The translations under genes and the position numbers were made by a program. The notes under the pieces are model-generated. The model was not told where the DNA came from, did not search any database, and saw only the letters and a program-made list of their open reading frames with translations. This document shows positions 11,801-24,469 of a stretch of DNA of 64,000 nucleotides, piece after piece. How positions within the stretch are numbered: the stretch's first letter is position 1; every line of letters begins with the position of its first letter. This stretch comes from Lama guanicoe (lineage: Eukaryota), in NCBI GenBank assembly GCA_013239625.1, contig MU054323.1, positions 7,181,220-7,245,219 of the forward strand. Direction: 5' to 3'.

Positions 11801-14184
11801 GTGCTGGGCGGACAGCAACAAGGACAAGGTGCTGAGAACGTGTCGTGGGGGTGGGGCGGGGGAGCACAAGGAGGGCAGCCTTGTCCTCAGCCTCCAGGTG
11901 CTGGGGCCAGACCACGGGAGACATTTCACTGGGGGAAGAGAAGACTTAGGGACGAGGCTGCCATCTGCCTGCGTTTTCGCAGACTCTGGGACAAGCACCA
12001 ATTTAGGCCTTGAGGGTCGGAGTGAGGGATGGTGAGAGGGAATCCCAGCCCCATCCTGGCCGCCCTTCTTAGCTTATGTTCCAAGTCTTTGTGGACAAGC
12101 TGGGGAGGCTGCCAGCCCTGCTTCAGGTCAGAACAACTGTCCCTTCTCAGAGCTCCTTGGGCAGAGCCTGGGCTTCTGCTGGAGGGAGCACTTCATTTCT
12201 GATAGTGTCTGTGTCACGGGGGCCTCAGGGCTGCTCAGAGGATGCACCTGGTCTGCAAGGGGACAGTTTCCAAGTCAGTGTATGAGAAGTTCTGGCAAGG
12301 TGCCTGGTACAGAACTCATGCTCGAGAAGTATTTACAGAGAGAGGATTGGAGGGAGTAACTGAGGAAGGGAGCCCCTCTGAAGCCTCAGTTTGCAGAAGC
12401 TCGTGATCCTCTAAAACTCTCTCTAAACCTCCTCTGTAGGATATATGAAGCTAAAACAAAGAGGTGATCTTCCTCCTCCTGTGTCTGAATTAGAAATAGC
12501 CCAGCACCTGCTCCTGTATGTGTGTGTCTGGTGGGGATGGAAGGGATGGGATGGGGAGAAGCTCAACCCAACCTGATTGCAGCAGCCCAGGGTCTACAGG
12601 CAGCTTTGGAGTGGTGCTAGCCCCCACAACCCCAACCTAAGTCACTGCAGGCTTCTCCCCTTCCAGGCACCTCCCTTCCCAGAGGTAAGAAGAGAGGACG
12701 CTGAGTGTCCTTCTACAGGGGGAGCCTCCTGACCAATGTGATGTGGGTGCCAGGGAGAAGGGCATCCCAGTAAGAGAGCAGAGCAGGTGTGGAAACTGGG
12801 GGTGCAGACAAGCTGAGGGACCTGGGGAGGATGGGTTGATAAAGGGCCATGCTCAGGCTTTGGGGTCTGACTGGATGCTGGGGGGAGAGAGAGAGAAGTC
12901 GGGCAGGATTTAGGCGTGGGGCTAGGGGGGCAGACCGGGAGGACTAGAAGGGAGGACTAGAAAGGGGGGTTGGGGAATTGCTGAGACACATTGACTTTGA
13001 AGCAGCTGCTGTTCAGTGTGCCTTCTGCCCAGTGCCAGGACCCCAGGGGGGCTGCTCACTCGGGACTTGCCTGGAGGCTGCTAGGTGCAGGGAAGGGGAG
13101 GGGCAGGTTTGTAGAGTGAAGATCTGGTTCTATCACCCACTCACTCAGTCACTCACTCAACAAATGCTTATTGACCCTACATGTGCCAGGTCAGATCCGG
13201 TCTGTGCTCCCAAGGGGGCTTCCTTCAGCTCTAGGGAAACTGCTAAAAGTAGTCAGCAAATAATTACAAGTTGTGATAAATACAATGAAGGAAACAGAGT
13301 GGGAGAGGGGAGGGGAAAGTCTTCTTGGCAGAAGGGAGAAGGTGCAAAGGCCCTGGAGCAGAGAAGAAAAGAGGTTCCAGGGACTGCTGGAGTGGAAGCA
13401 GGTGGCCGGGGAGCAGTCCTCGATTTGAGAGACATGAGGGACCAGGCCTTGGAGGCTGAGAAGGTTGTTAGATGACAATTTAGATTTTATGCCAAGTGCA
13501 GAAGGAAGTCATTGCTGGGTTTTAAGCAATGGAGTAACAGGATCCAATCCCTTGAAAAGGGGCTCTGGCTGCTGTCTGGAGAACCAATCAAAGGGCAAGC
13601 AACCAACAGCCTCTTTTTAGGAGTCAGAATCAATAGGACTTGAAGATGTGGAAGTGAAGCAAAATGAGGGGTGGTTAAGGATGGTTCTGGAGTTCTGGTC
13701 TGAGCAGCTGGGGGTGGGGCGGGTGCCAGTCAGTGGTCTGGGGAAGACTGGAGGTGGGGGAGGCAGCTGGGTTTGGAGGAGGAAACCATGAGCTCTGTGA
13801 CCTTGGGCAAGTTACCTGATTTCTCTGAGTTCCTCTGGGGACCGCCAAAGCCCCAGCTGACAGTGCTTAAGAGGATTCTTGTTGAGACTCAGGAGCAGGT
13901 GCGAGAAACCCTAACTACCATTAGATTCTTGTCAATAGAAACAGCAGTTACGAGTTCCTCTGAAGGAGAGCCTGATGGGCGTTGGGGGACAGAGGTAGAG
14001 CTAGTCTCCAAAAAGGGACCCTGAAACCTGGAGCACCATGGAGGCGAAGGTCTCTGGCACCCCATACGGCCCACGAAATGGGGGAGGGCACCCCTGCCCT
14101 CCTCTATCCCCTGCAACACACACTCCCATTTGCGGTTTCTTTCACTGCGGGCTCCATTCAGCACGGTGACTGGGCCACTTCAAC

Positions 14185-14350
14185 AGCCTTCAGTTTGACC
14201 CCAAGGGCAAAGAGGAATCAATTTGTGCAGAGAGTTGAAATGGAAGAGATTTCAACTGACCTTTGAATAGGGTTTTAATTTGCTTTATAACAGCCAAAGG
14301 GGCCTCATGAAGAGACCCTTGAGGCTGCTTTTATCTGCTAATACACGGGC
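14185..14350 (-). promoter_or_regulatory. POMC: POMC neuronal enhancer nPE2 (exapted CORE-SINE)
   Basis: Minus strand ...GATAAAAGCAGCCTCAAGGGTCTCTTCATGAGGCCCCTTTGGCTGTTATAAAGCAAATTAAAACCCTATTCAAAGGTCAGTTGAAATCTC... closely matches recalled mammalian nPE2. Nuclear receptor site AAAGGTCA at 14257-14264. ~9.3 kb upstream. Confidence 0.88.
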
Positions 14351-15399
14351 CCCAGTGCAACAGCCCTTCCTCCATCTGCATGCCCTGGAGGCGGGGTGGG
14401 GTGGGAGGGGGTGCAGAGGGGCCCAGGAACCCAAGTCCACGCCCCTCCCAGGAGCTGGTCTGCAGCCCCCTTAGGATCCAAAGCAGAGTCAAGGGAGCAG
14501 GAAGAGCCGACCTGGGTTCCAGCCCCAGACCCTGCCCTGTTGCTGGGTGGCCTTGGGACCCTGGCCGGCACCGCCCCCCCAGGCCTCAGTCTCCTCATCC
14601 AGACAGTGGCTGGGAGAGGGGATGTAGACTAGATGGCCCTTGGGTCCCTTCCAAGCCTGATGTCCTATGGTTTGAAGATCGGATCTGGAGTCAAACTCTG
14701 TGGTAGAAAATAACTAGTCTCACAGAGTGTGACCTGGACTGGGGACAGCAGAGCCCACTGGGCCGAGGAGCTATGCCCTCTCTGTCCATCAGTCTCTTGG
14801 GCCTTTCTCATGCCCTGTTTTTCTCTGAATTTTCTGCTTGAGGCCCCTCTCTTGGGCCAGCCAGTTCTCTGTTCTCTCCCCTCCAAATTCCAGAGGAAGC
14901 CAATGGGGTCGCTTGACTAATTGTCTTCTTTTCTACTGAGAAGAATCTTACAGGCAGCTACCTCGGGGTTCCAGGAGGCCTGAAGGAGGCCAATCCCAGG
15001 CAAAGAGCCCCTGCGATTGCTTCTCCACACAGGTCCAATTTGGGTGCAGCACCCCAGGAGAGAGGCCTGCAAGTTGGTGCTTACAGTCCTGCATCAGAAA
15101 TGACAGGCTCTCTGCCTTTGTGCTCTGTATGTGTGTGTGGCCACGTGGAACCAAGTGAGTATTTATTCAGAGCCACTGCCTTATCCTAATTCCTTTTTTT
15201 CAAATGGAGGGTTTATTCCTGTGTAATCAGAACAGAATTCCTGGAGGTGGGATCTTGCTGAAGATGTCATGGACATTAAGAACATAGCAGACTCTCCAGA
15301 GTCCAGGCACCAGCAGCCACCGTCTGACGCAGTGGTTATCATAATGGTCTTTTTGTGGGGAAATGCCTTTGTTAGAACCTCCGGCATGACAGCCGCTTT

Positions 15400-15700
15400 T
15401 CCAAAAGAATGCAGAGTTCTCCAGCCAGGGGTGGAGGTGGGGAAGAGTGACGTGGGGGCCAGGAAGGACGCTGATAATGTACATCCATTAGTGCATCGCA
15501 GGAGAGGCATTCATAAGCCCCAGAATGGTCCTCCTTCCTCCAGACCCAACAATGACTGCATGGAGGGGACCTGAAGTGGCCTTTTTACAGGCACTCAGCT
15601 CAGTGCCATCTCTGAGCCCCGCCTGTTGGGTGCCTGACTTCCATTTTCATGCCTTCCTCAAAGCGGCTCAGACAGCGAATCCCAGCAGACAACCTGAGGC
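15400..15700 (-). promoter_or_regulatory. POMC: POMC neuronal enhancer nPE1 (core ~15450-15610; MaLR-LTR-derived)
   Basis: Minus strand CTGAGCTGAGTGCCTGTAAAAAGGCCACTTCA...CACTAATGGATGTACATTATCAG matches recalled nPE1 core with homeodomain sites. Lies distal to nPE2 as expected. Confidence 0.82.
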
Positions 15701-16307
15701 CCAGAGAGCCCATGCCATGCCCTCATGTCCTGCTGCCCTGGCCTGGGCAGCCGGTGCACAGTGACCTGCTGTGCAGCAGCTCCAAAGCCCATTCCTCTGC
15801 GTATGCGCCTGGCACGCGTGTGTGCATGTGATGTGAGCGGTGCAAGGACATCTGGAAAGTAGTTTGGTTTTTAACAAAATGGCCAAAACCTTTATGTCAG
15901 ATGAAAGTGACTTCCTTCAAAGCATCCCCTGGGCAGGTATCATTGATGCCAGTGGTGGGGCCGGAGCTGGAACATTCGACAGACCCCTCTGGGAGAGCCG
16001 CCTCTAAGACCAGTTTCTAAGTCATTTGAGAAGGCCAGTCTTCTGACTCCAGGGTCACATTTTTAAAAAACTGTATCAATTATGTTCCTTTTAGTTCTCC
16101 TTTATATTATAGTTAGATCTTTATAATGAAATATTTTCTATTCATGATGGGTGTGGGAAGTTTATCTTATGTATAAATTTCATTTCAAGATAGTAAATAA
16201 GATCTTGGAGAACAGCTGCTCTTAAAGGGGAGATTTGCAGCTGATTTTGATGTAAAATAATGTATCTGCTTTGGAAAATAGTTTGCAGCTCTTCAAAAAG
16301 TTAAAAT

Positions 16308-16693
16308 TGTTAAAAACAAGACAACAGGCACAACATGGAGTTGCTTATTCTAAGCCCCATGTCACCAAACCAAGGCTTAATTAGTTTTGGCTCTCTCAGA
16401 AATGGGATCTTAAACCAGTCAGGCAGGAAATCAGGAATGGCCTAATCAGCGCTAGTTAGGTAATCTGACAGACCCCTGTCATCCCCTAAAGGAAAGTAAC
16501 TTTGCAATAACCAACCTGCTTTTTGCTAGTGTAACTTCCTTGTTCCCAATCCTTTCTGCCTATAAAATTCTTTCATTTTGGACAGCTCCTCGGAGTACCT
16601 CTCTGTCTGCTAGATTGGATTCTGCCTGATTGGATCAATTTTGTGCACACAAACTCTTAAAAATTTTACTATGCCTCAGTTTATCTTTTAACA
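16308..16693 (+). mobile_element. Solo ERV LTR (ERV1-type by 4-bp TSD)
   Basis: Termini TGTTAAAA...TTTTAACA; TATAAAA at 16561; TSD-like AAAT/ACAT; splits the L1 at TTAAA|CATAGAG. Confidence 0.78.
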
Positions 16694-17183
16694 ACATAGA
16701 GTTACCATATGACCCAGCAAGTCCACTCCTAGGTGTATTCCCCAAAACTTCTACATGAATGTCCATCGCAGCATTATTTATAATACCCAAAAGTGGAAAC
16801 AACCCAAATGTCCATCAGTTGATGAGTAAATTAGCAAAATGCGATATATCCATACAATGGAATATTATTCAGCAAGAAAATAATGAAGTACAGACAGATG
16901 CTACAACATAGATGAATACTTAAAACATTACACTAATTGGAAGAAGCCAGACTCAAAAGGCTACATCCTATATGATTCCACTTATATGAAATGCCCAGAA
17001 GAGGCAAATCCCTAGAGACAGAAAGTAGATTCCTGGTTGCCAGGGGCCAGGGGTGTTGGGGAAAAAGGGGAGTGATCACTAATGGGTATGAAGTTCTTTT
17101 TAGAGTGATGAAAATGTTCCAAGATTGATTGTGGTGATGGGTGCACAGCTCTGTGAATATTACAAGTGTCATTTTCTTGTATA

Positions 17184-17331
17184 TTTTATTTTCTTTAATT
17201 AAAAACATTTTTTGGAAGGGGGAGTAATCAGGTTTACTATTTATTTAGTTTTGGAGGAGGTGCTGGAGACTGAACCCAGGATTTGTGTATGCTAAGCATT
17301 CACTCTATCACTTGAACTGTACCCTCTCCCC
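17184..17331 (-). mobile_element. tRNA-derived SINE (Vic-1-like) with 15-bp TSD, inserted into L1 3' end
   Basis: TSD TCATTTTCTTGTATA at 17169-17183 and 17332-17346. Confidence 0.88.
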
Positions 17332-17496
17332 TCATTTTCTTGTATACTTTAAATGGATGAATTGTATGGTATATGCATCATTTTCAATATAACTTATTTA
17401 AAAAGGGGTGATTTTTCGAGAGAGAAATGACTAGAGAGAAAGCCATGTGTGTCTTTCAGCGTAACAAAAGAGGAGGGAGTCCTCCAGATACAAGGA

Positions 17497-18365
17497 TGTG
17501 ACCTTTTACCTCTTTGTGCAAGAAATGCCACCCAGTTCTTCCTTCCGTCTCTTCCTTTCCTGTGTGTCTTCTTTAATGTTCACACTGGACACTTCACTTC
17601 CAACGCTTCTGCTCACTGAACACATGTGGGGTTTTCCCCACCCCAAGAATTCTCTACGGCACCAGCTGGGTGTCCTACAAAGTAATTCAATTCTGACACT
17701 ATCTACCTGGAGACAGTGTCAGATCCCACAGGCTATGGGCTCAGTCCCACCAGACTGCTGCCCCCCACTTCAGATTAGTTACGAGCCTTAGGTCCCACAA
17801 CTTCTGTCCAATTTGGCTAGAAATTGGAGGTTCCCATGACCTCCTCCTCAGGTGTGATTAATTTGCTAGAGCCACTCACATAACTCAGGGAAACGCTCAC
17901 ATTTGCCACTTTATTAAAGGATAAGGTAAAGGCCACAAAAGCACAGCCAGGGGAAGGGATACGTAGGGTGGGGTCTGGGAGGGTCCTGAGCACAGGAGCC
18001 TCTGTCCCGGCGGAGTTGGGGTGCACCCCCTCCCGGTGTGAATGTGCTCACCCACTTGGAAGGGAGCTCCCCAAACCCTGCACTGTTGGGTTTTTACAGA
18101 GGTTTCCTTACGTAGGCAGGAAACTGCATTTCCAGCGCCTCTCCCTTCTATGGAGGATGAAGGGTGGGGCTGAAAATTCCTAGCTTCTCATCAGGGCTTG
18201 GTCTTTCTGGGGACCAGCCCCATCCAGGAGCCCACCCAGAGTCACCTCGGTAGAACAAGGGATGTTCTTAGTGTTCTTATCACTTAGGAAATTACAAGGG
18301 TTTCAGGAGCTCTGTGCCAGGAACAGGGGCAGAAGCCAATATACATATTTTTTCTACTATCTCAC
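17497..18365 (-). mobile_element. MER21-like LTR
   Basis: ACCAGCTGGGTGTCCTACAA...TTCAATTCTGACACTATCTACCTGGAGA...TCAGATCCCACAGG signature; TGTGA...TCACA ends. Confidence 0.72.
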
Positions 18366-18519
18366 ACTGTTCCATGGGCCCCTCCTATAGTGGTCTAGGA
18401 AACCCCATCCCATCTAAACAGGCAAAAGAATAAGGGGGTATGATACAACACCTTAAGGAGTTATTTCAGGGGGTGGGAGTGGGTGGTAGGGACAGGAAGA
18501 TGTGAAAGAATGCTTATTG

Positions 18520-19850
18520 AATTTAAAAATGTATTAGGAAAAGGTGATGTTTCAGAGATAAAGACTAAGCTAGAAGAAATACAAGAACAAGTTAACACAA
18601 ACACATAATTATAAGCACAGAGAAGGAGTAAAGTGTGAAAAGACATAGGTAAAAGAAAAACCACATAGAAAAAAAAGAAAGAAAAGGGTTCTAGAGAAAA
18701 TGATAAAGAAGCTAGACAAGGGAGATCAGATACATGTTTTATTGAAATCTCCAGAAAAGAATACCAAGGCAATGGAGCAAATGAATATTTAAAACCGTAA
18801 TTCAAGGAAACACTGCTGTGATAAAAGGCTTTAAAATATGGATATCCATATGTTGTAATGCTTACATTAAAAGGGCATTCCATAACTTGAAAAATTGACT
18901 TAAAATGTTAAATACTGACAAATATTCCAATACAATCATTGGGCTCTAATTACAAGGAAAATATTCTTTGAGCATAATGCAAAAAGTCCAAATCCAGTAT
19001 GAATCAAAGAAAAGCAATAGAAAATCAGACTGGCATCGGACTTCTTGGCAGCAATATTTTAATTGAAGCATCATCCTCACGGAAAATTGTGAACCAAGGA
19101 TTTAATCTTTAGCTAAACTACTCTTTGAGTAGAAAGGCCATGAACATGCAGGCACTTACCACAGACCAAGTTTAAGGCAACTACAGAATTGTTCTGAAGC
19201 TTCAGCATAAGTCTGTGGCTGTGGTGGGCAAGGGGACAGTTGATATTAAATATAAGGAACTGAAGAACTAAAACTAAAAGATGAGCAAAGAGAGACGAAG
19301 CTATATAGTGTCAGATGCTGTGACAGGGTAGAAATAATTCAACTAACTAAACATGGGAGAACCAGAAAGGCAATAGCACAAAATAGAATAAGGTCTCTGA
19401 CGGCCTCTGGTTATGAGGTGACAATAAACAATGTCACTTGAAATTGAAAAATCAAATGATGCTTATTTCAGATTACAGAGGTAAAACCCTGAGCAACAAA
19501 TTAATGGGCAAAGTAGAGAGAGAGAAGTAATTCATAACTAATGTCAGTATGGATCATATTAGGAAGTTAAGAGACAATATTTAAATATCTAAATAGAGAG
19601 ATAACTAAAGGTATTCTGCAATAAAAGTACCCATCAGTAATAATCACTAGAACCATACTATGCATCTTCCAAAATACCACAAGAAGAAAAAGAACAAAAA
19701 GAGTCCGTCTAGTGAAAAAATGGATTGGGTATGTACAGCAAATAGTATGTATTTAATGTAATGTGTGAAATGCAAAGCAATTTGACAAACCAGGACCAAA
19801 TAAATCATATTCATACGTGTAAGTGGATTTGAATCATCTATAAAGAAAAA
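18520..19850 (+). mobile_element. Degenerate L1 (ORF1-region-like) remnant
   Basis: A-rich sense-strand composition, AATCAGACTGGCATCGGACTTCT-like L1 ORF1 motifs. Confidence 0.5.
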
Positions 19851-19856
19851 TATTTC

Positions 19857-20002
19857 GGTGGGAGGGTATAGCTCCAGTGGTAGAGCGCATGCTTAGCATG
19901 CATGAGGTCCTGGGTTCACCTGATACTACCTCTAAAAGTAAATAAATAGGTAAACCTAATTACCTCCCCCTCCAAAAAATAAATTAAAAATAAAATTAAA
20001 AA
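19857..20002 (+). mobile_element. tRNA-derived SINE (Vic-1-like)
   Basis: GGGAGGGTATAGCTCCAGTGGTAGAGCGCATGCTTAGCATG...; A tail; TSD-like AAAATATTT. Confidence 0.88.
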
Positions 20003-20039
20003 AATGAAAATATTTTTAAGGTTAAAAAAAATTTGGTGG

Positions 20040-20205
20040 TGGGGAGGGCACAGCTCAGTGGTAGAGTGTGTGCTTAGCATGCACAAGGTCCTCGGTTCAA
20101 TCTCCATTACCTCCATTAAAAAATAATAATAAGTAAGTAAAGAAATAAACCTAATTACCTCCCCCCTTTAAAAAATTAATAAAAATAAAATAAATAAATT
20201 TTTAG
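20040..20205 (+). mobile_element. tRNA-derived SINE (Vic-1-like), second copy
   Basis: Same consensus; TSD-like AATTTGGTG on both sides. Confidence 0.88.
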
Positions 20206-22847
20206 AAAACAATTTGGTGCTGTATAAAGAAACATACATCAAAAAAAAAGGATGGGGTGATTTGTGAGGAAAACCAATTAAAACCTGTGGTATAGTCATA
20301 GGACGAAATACCACTCAGCAATAAAAAAGGAACAAACTACTGATAAATGCAACAACATGGATGAACCTCAAAAACATTATATTGAGTGAAAAACTCCAGG
20401 AGAGTTTTCACAGTATGTATGGTTCTGTTGATAACAAAGCTCATCTAGGGTGAGAGAAATTGGATGAGCAGTTGCCCCTGGGGGTGGTGAGAGGGGTGAC
20501 TAGGAAGAGACCAGAGGGAACTTTCTGGGTGAGAAAATGCTCGTGGATTACAAAGGCGTATGCATTTGTCAAAAGCGAACAGAAGGTATTCTCACCGCAC
20601 ACACACAACTCACTCTAGGTAAACTATACCCCGATTGAAAAAAGAGGAGAGAATGGTGGCTACGTTTGCCCTGACGGAGTCTATGAATTTCTTCAGCGGT
20701 CCGGCAGAGCAGGGCAGCTGTCCCCACACATCCAGCCACTCCAGTGGCACGTGCCGCGCCCCCCTGCCCCAGCTCCATCTGTGATGACTGGTCCCCCGGG
20801 CTGCTGGTGGCTTGGACTTGAGAACCCTGGGACAGTCATTAAAAGGAAACAAATGTCATCACAGGACCCTGGCTTTTCAGCTGCAGCCAGTGGGAGAGGG
20901 TCTGCGGGCCCCTCTTCCCCTAACAAAGCCCCAGCCTCCAGTTGGGCCGCTGCCGCCTCCCTTCCACAGGCCTAACTGGGGAGGGGGATGGCGGGGAGGG
21001 GAGACAAAAGGGGCAGTCACATCTCCATCTTCCCTTTCTGCTTTTAAAAAGCATCTGAGTTGAAAAGGCAAGGTTAGCAGATGGCGCCGGTGGGGAAACG
21101 AGCTGGGGAGGGGAGAGGCTTTCAGGCCAGCCCAGGCTGGGAGCTATCTGCCATTGTGCCCACGGCCTTCAGCCCACCGCACTCTGCTGAAGTGGGCAGA
21201 TGACAAAGGCCCCAGAGCCCAGTGACTCTCAGCCCCACATACGTCTTTAGACTCTAATGATGGTCAGCCAGGGGTAATGGGATGTGAACAGCCTTGTGGG
21301 GGGTAGGGGAATGGGAGGAGTGGGGGGTGTGCGCAGGAGGAGGGAGATGGGGCTGGGGGTGCTCTCAGAAGTTCTCAGGGGCCCTGGAGTCTCTCTTCCA
21401 CAACTGACCTCCACTGCTGTCCACTCAGGGGCCATCTGGGCCATCTGAAATAACAGACTCAAAGCCCCAGGGCCTCCCATGTGACAGAGGAGGGCAAGGA
21501 CGCACTCCGTCCCCCCTCCCCCCTCCCCCATCTCCTCTCTGCCACCCCCAGAGGGCAAGGCAGGGCCAGGGCGCCCACGGGGATGAGAGGGTCACTGCGG
21601 ACCTGAGTACCCAGCAGTCTCTCCCTCAGGGAAGATCTAGTAATTGACCAAATTAAGTTGAAAAACGTGTAATGACGTGGAAAGATGTTCACGCTGTTTA
21701 TCAAGTGATAAACAGCAAGTGGTAAATCAGTTATCTAAGGTCTGACCCCATTTTCACCGTTGTAACAGAGCATACAGAAGAGATTAGCAGCCCTGGAGCA
21801 AGTGCGCCACATTCTAACAATGCTTACCCAGGGGGTCCCGGGAATTTTTGTTTTTTTCTTTTTCATTTGTCTCTAAATTTTCCAAATGCTCTAAAATAAG
21901 TACGTAGTCCCTCTGCAAGAAAACAATTTTATTAATAATAAATTTTAAATGAATGATAACAAAATAAACACAAAGCTCCCTCTTTTACATCCTGCCATGG
22001 TATCTGAAACTGTCCTATCTCAAAATAACCCTTTCGGTCAAGGCCTTGTCTCTAGGAGTAAAGGATGGGGCCTTGAGGGTACCATGTAGGTGAGTTGAGT
22101 CCCATCTCGTCATACTTTGGGACTTTGATGTGTGGCTTCTCCACCAAAGGTGCTTCAGAGAAAATGTGTCACCGTGTGAGAGGCAGTGTGGGGTCACGGA
22201 CAAGACAGGAACCCGGCGTGACAGCAAGAAAGACTTCGCCTCGGTGGTCAGGCTCAGAGGTCTGAGCAAGGACTAGTCTCTGGAAACACTCTCATCTATG
22301 ACCTTGAAAAGAGGGCACCAAATGATATCAGCCCTTCAAGGCTAGAGGTGACACTAAGCCCTACAGGAAGGTGAAATTCTGACTTGCTGGTGACAAATGC
22401 AGAGCAGGGAGGACAGAAGGGCAGAGGGGAGTCCAATGCAAAGAAGGAGCTGCATATTTAACGCTGTCAGGCTCTCTCTATGTGAAGACCAGGAAAGGGG
22501 TCGGAGAGACAGCCTGTTCCCCAACAGGGCCGGATGGTTAACTCCATTCAGAGAGACCAAAGCACCGGGGGGCACCAGCAAGAAGGAAACAAGAAACAAA
22601 AACCGTATCAAAACATACCTACCGCATCCAAAATAAAATGCCTCAGGAGTCCTGGCCACCACATCCCAGCATCCCACGCAGGACACAATGGGAACAATTA
22701 AAAAATTTGTTTATGTCAATGATAATCATTTCCCTCCTTTCAGATCCATAGAGATGTGTGAGTGTGCTGATACCCAGGGCTGGGGGAATGCTAAGAAGTT
22801 GACTCTCATTTGCAGCTTGGAATGAGTGAGCAGCAATCTAAATTTTC

Positions 22848-22931
22848 TTTTCTTTTTTTTTAATGAGGATTGAACCCAGGACCTCGTGCATGCTCAGTAT
22901 GTGCTCTACCACTGAGCTCTACCCACCCCCT
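22848..22931 (-). mobile_element. Short tRNA-derived SINE (Vic-1-like)
   Basis: Reverse complement of A/B-box SINE head, T-tract, TSD-like AATTTTC. Confidence 0.8.
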
Positions 22932-24469
22932 GAATTTTCATCTCCATATTGTCAATGTGCCTGCCCTTTACCACAGCAGCCTCGTTTCTAGGATTTTATC
23001 CTAAGAAAATGCACGAAAAGATGCACGAAGATATACGAAGGAAGGCTTTTGTGTTTGTAAGAGTTAAAAAATAGAAGCAACCTAAATACCCATCAACTGG
23101 AGATTGGTTGATTAAGTCACGGTGCTTCCCTGTGCTCGAGGGATGATAAGCCCCAAGAGGGCAGAGCCAGCATCTGCTGCGTCAACCCTGAACACCCGAC
23201 ATGCAGGTCGGAGTCCGGCACATGGCAGGTGTTTGTTCACTGAAGGAAGGAACAAATAAACAAACATAAAATGATGTGGTAAAGCATTCTGGAGGAAAGA
23301 GGCTGAGGTCTGGTACTCCGAGTATCCAGAGGCAGTTACAGTATATTGCTGAGTAGAAAACACGGGTCACAACCCAGCACGATGGATTTGCATATGCATT
23401 TGTTTAAGTCTGGGAGGGTTTATAAGAAAACAAAATACAAAAGGTCTGTAAAGAACCCGCTGGATATATTCATAGTGCTGACTGCTAGATGAGTTAGATG
23501 ATGGAGGCTCTTCTATTTGCTTTTTTTACATTTTCTGACTTTTCTGTGGTAACCGTGTACATCTTATAAGACAAAACACAAAGTTAAGTTTTAAAAATAA
23601 TTAACGTGGAGGTAAATTCCTGACCCATGGAATCCTTGAGCATAATAATGTGGTTACTTTGCCATTGCAAACTTTGGAGGACTCAGCAGTAATAAGAACC
23701 CAAACAATGATGCTAGAAAAGAGTATTCAGACTTTATAGTTCTTTGTTTCCAAACGGTGAATACTGTTCCATTATAGAGATAATCCACAATTCGCCTGAC
23801 TACCCAGCTACCAATGGCTGTATATGTTGCAGTTTCTACTGCTCATTTATTCAATAAATATGTATTGAGGATCTATTATGTGCCAGGCACAGAGCAAGGT
23901 GCCAGGTGCTGGAAATGCTCTGGTAAACAGAGCAGCCTTTGTTCTAGAAGCTTTTGTTCCAAAGAGAGACAGTTATTTAAGAAAGTAAGCAATCACGTAA
24001 ATGCATAACTGCAAATTGTGGTAAGTACCATGGAGGAAAAGAAAAACTCCTAAGAATCTCTAATTTGGGGCAACACAAAAATTATCAGGATTATGATGAT
24101 GATAATAATGAACATTGCAGGGAATGACACAGGCAATTAGAAACTCGAGGAAAAGCAAAACGCTGTTTAAGGAAGGAAATATAATTAGAGTGCAAATTTG
24201 TCTTCTCAGTGAACATTTCCATAGTCCTAATGATTTAACTAAATGTAAAGTATCAGTTTGGGGATTCCATTAACCCTAAAGAGGTAGTATGGTCAGAGGG
24301 AGTTGGTAGATGTTTAAAAATTGGATTAATCAAGAACAGCATCAGGGGCATCTTATTTAGAGAAACTGAGTTAACTACCAGAGAAAACAGTGGAGAGGGG
24401 TTGCCCCTGGGTTGGAGGGCTGGAGGTGGGGAAAGAGATGAGAAATCGTTGTTTTTCCTTCATTGATTT

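Larger units (their letters stand above)
16261..17400 (+). mobile_element. L1MB-type 3' end carrying nested solo LTR and SINE
   Basis: TTTGGAAAATAGTTTG...CATAGAGTTACCATATGACCCAGCAA...ATATGATTCCACTTATATGAAATG. Confidence 0.85.

Noticed and set aside
11145..11924. 259-aa minus-strand ORF
   Set aside because: Pro/Ser low-complexity translation across a MIR fragment, purine-rich tract and the enhancer; no homology recognisable.
19857..20120. tRNA-like sequences with A/B boxes (also 388, 17250, 22870, 30400)
   Set aside because: SINE heads with A-rich tails and TSDs, not tRNA genes.
21640..21960. TAATT/TGACGT motif cluster
   Set aside because: Lies in what looks like an old L1 3' remnant; motifs are unremarkable there.
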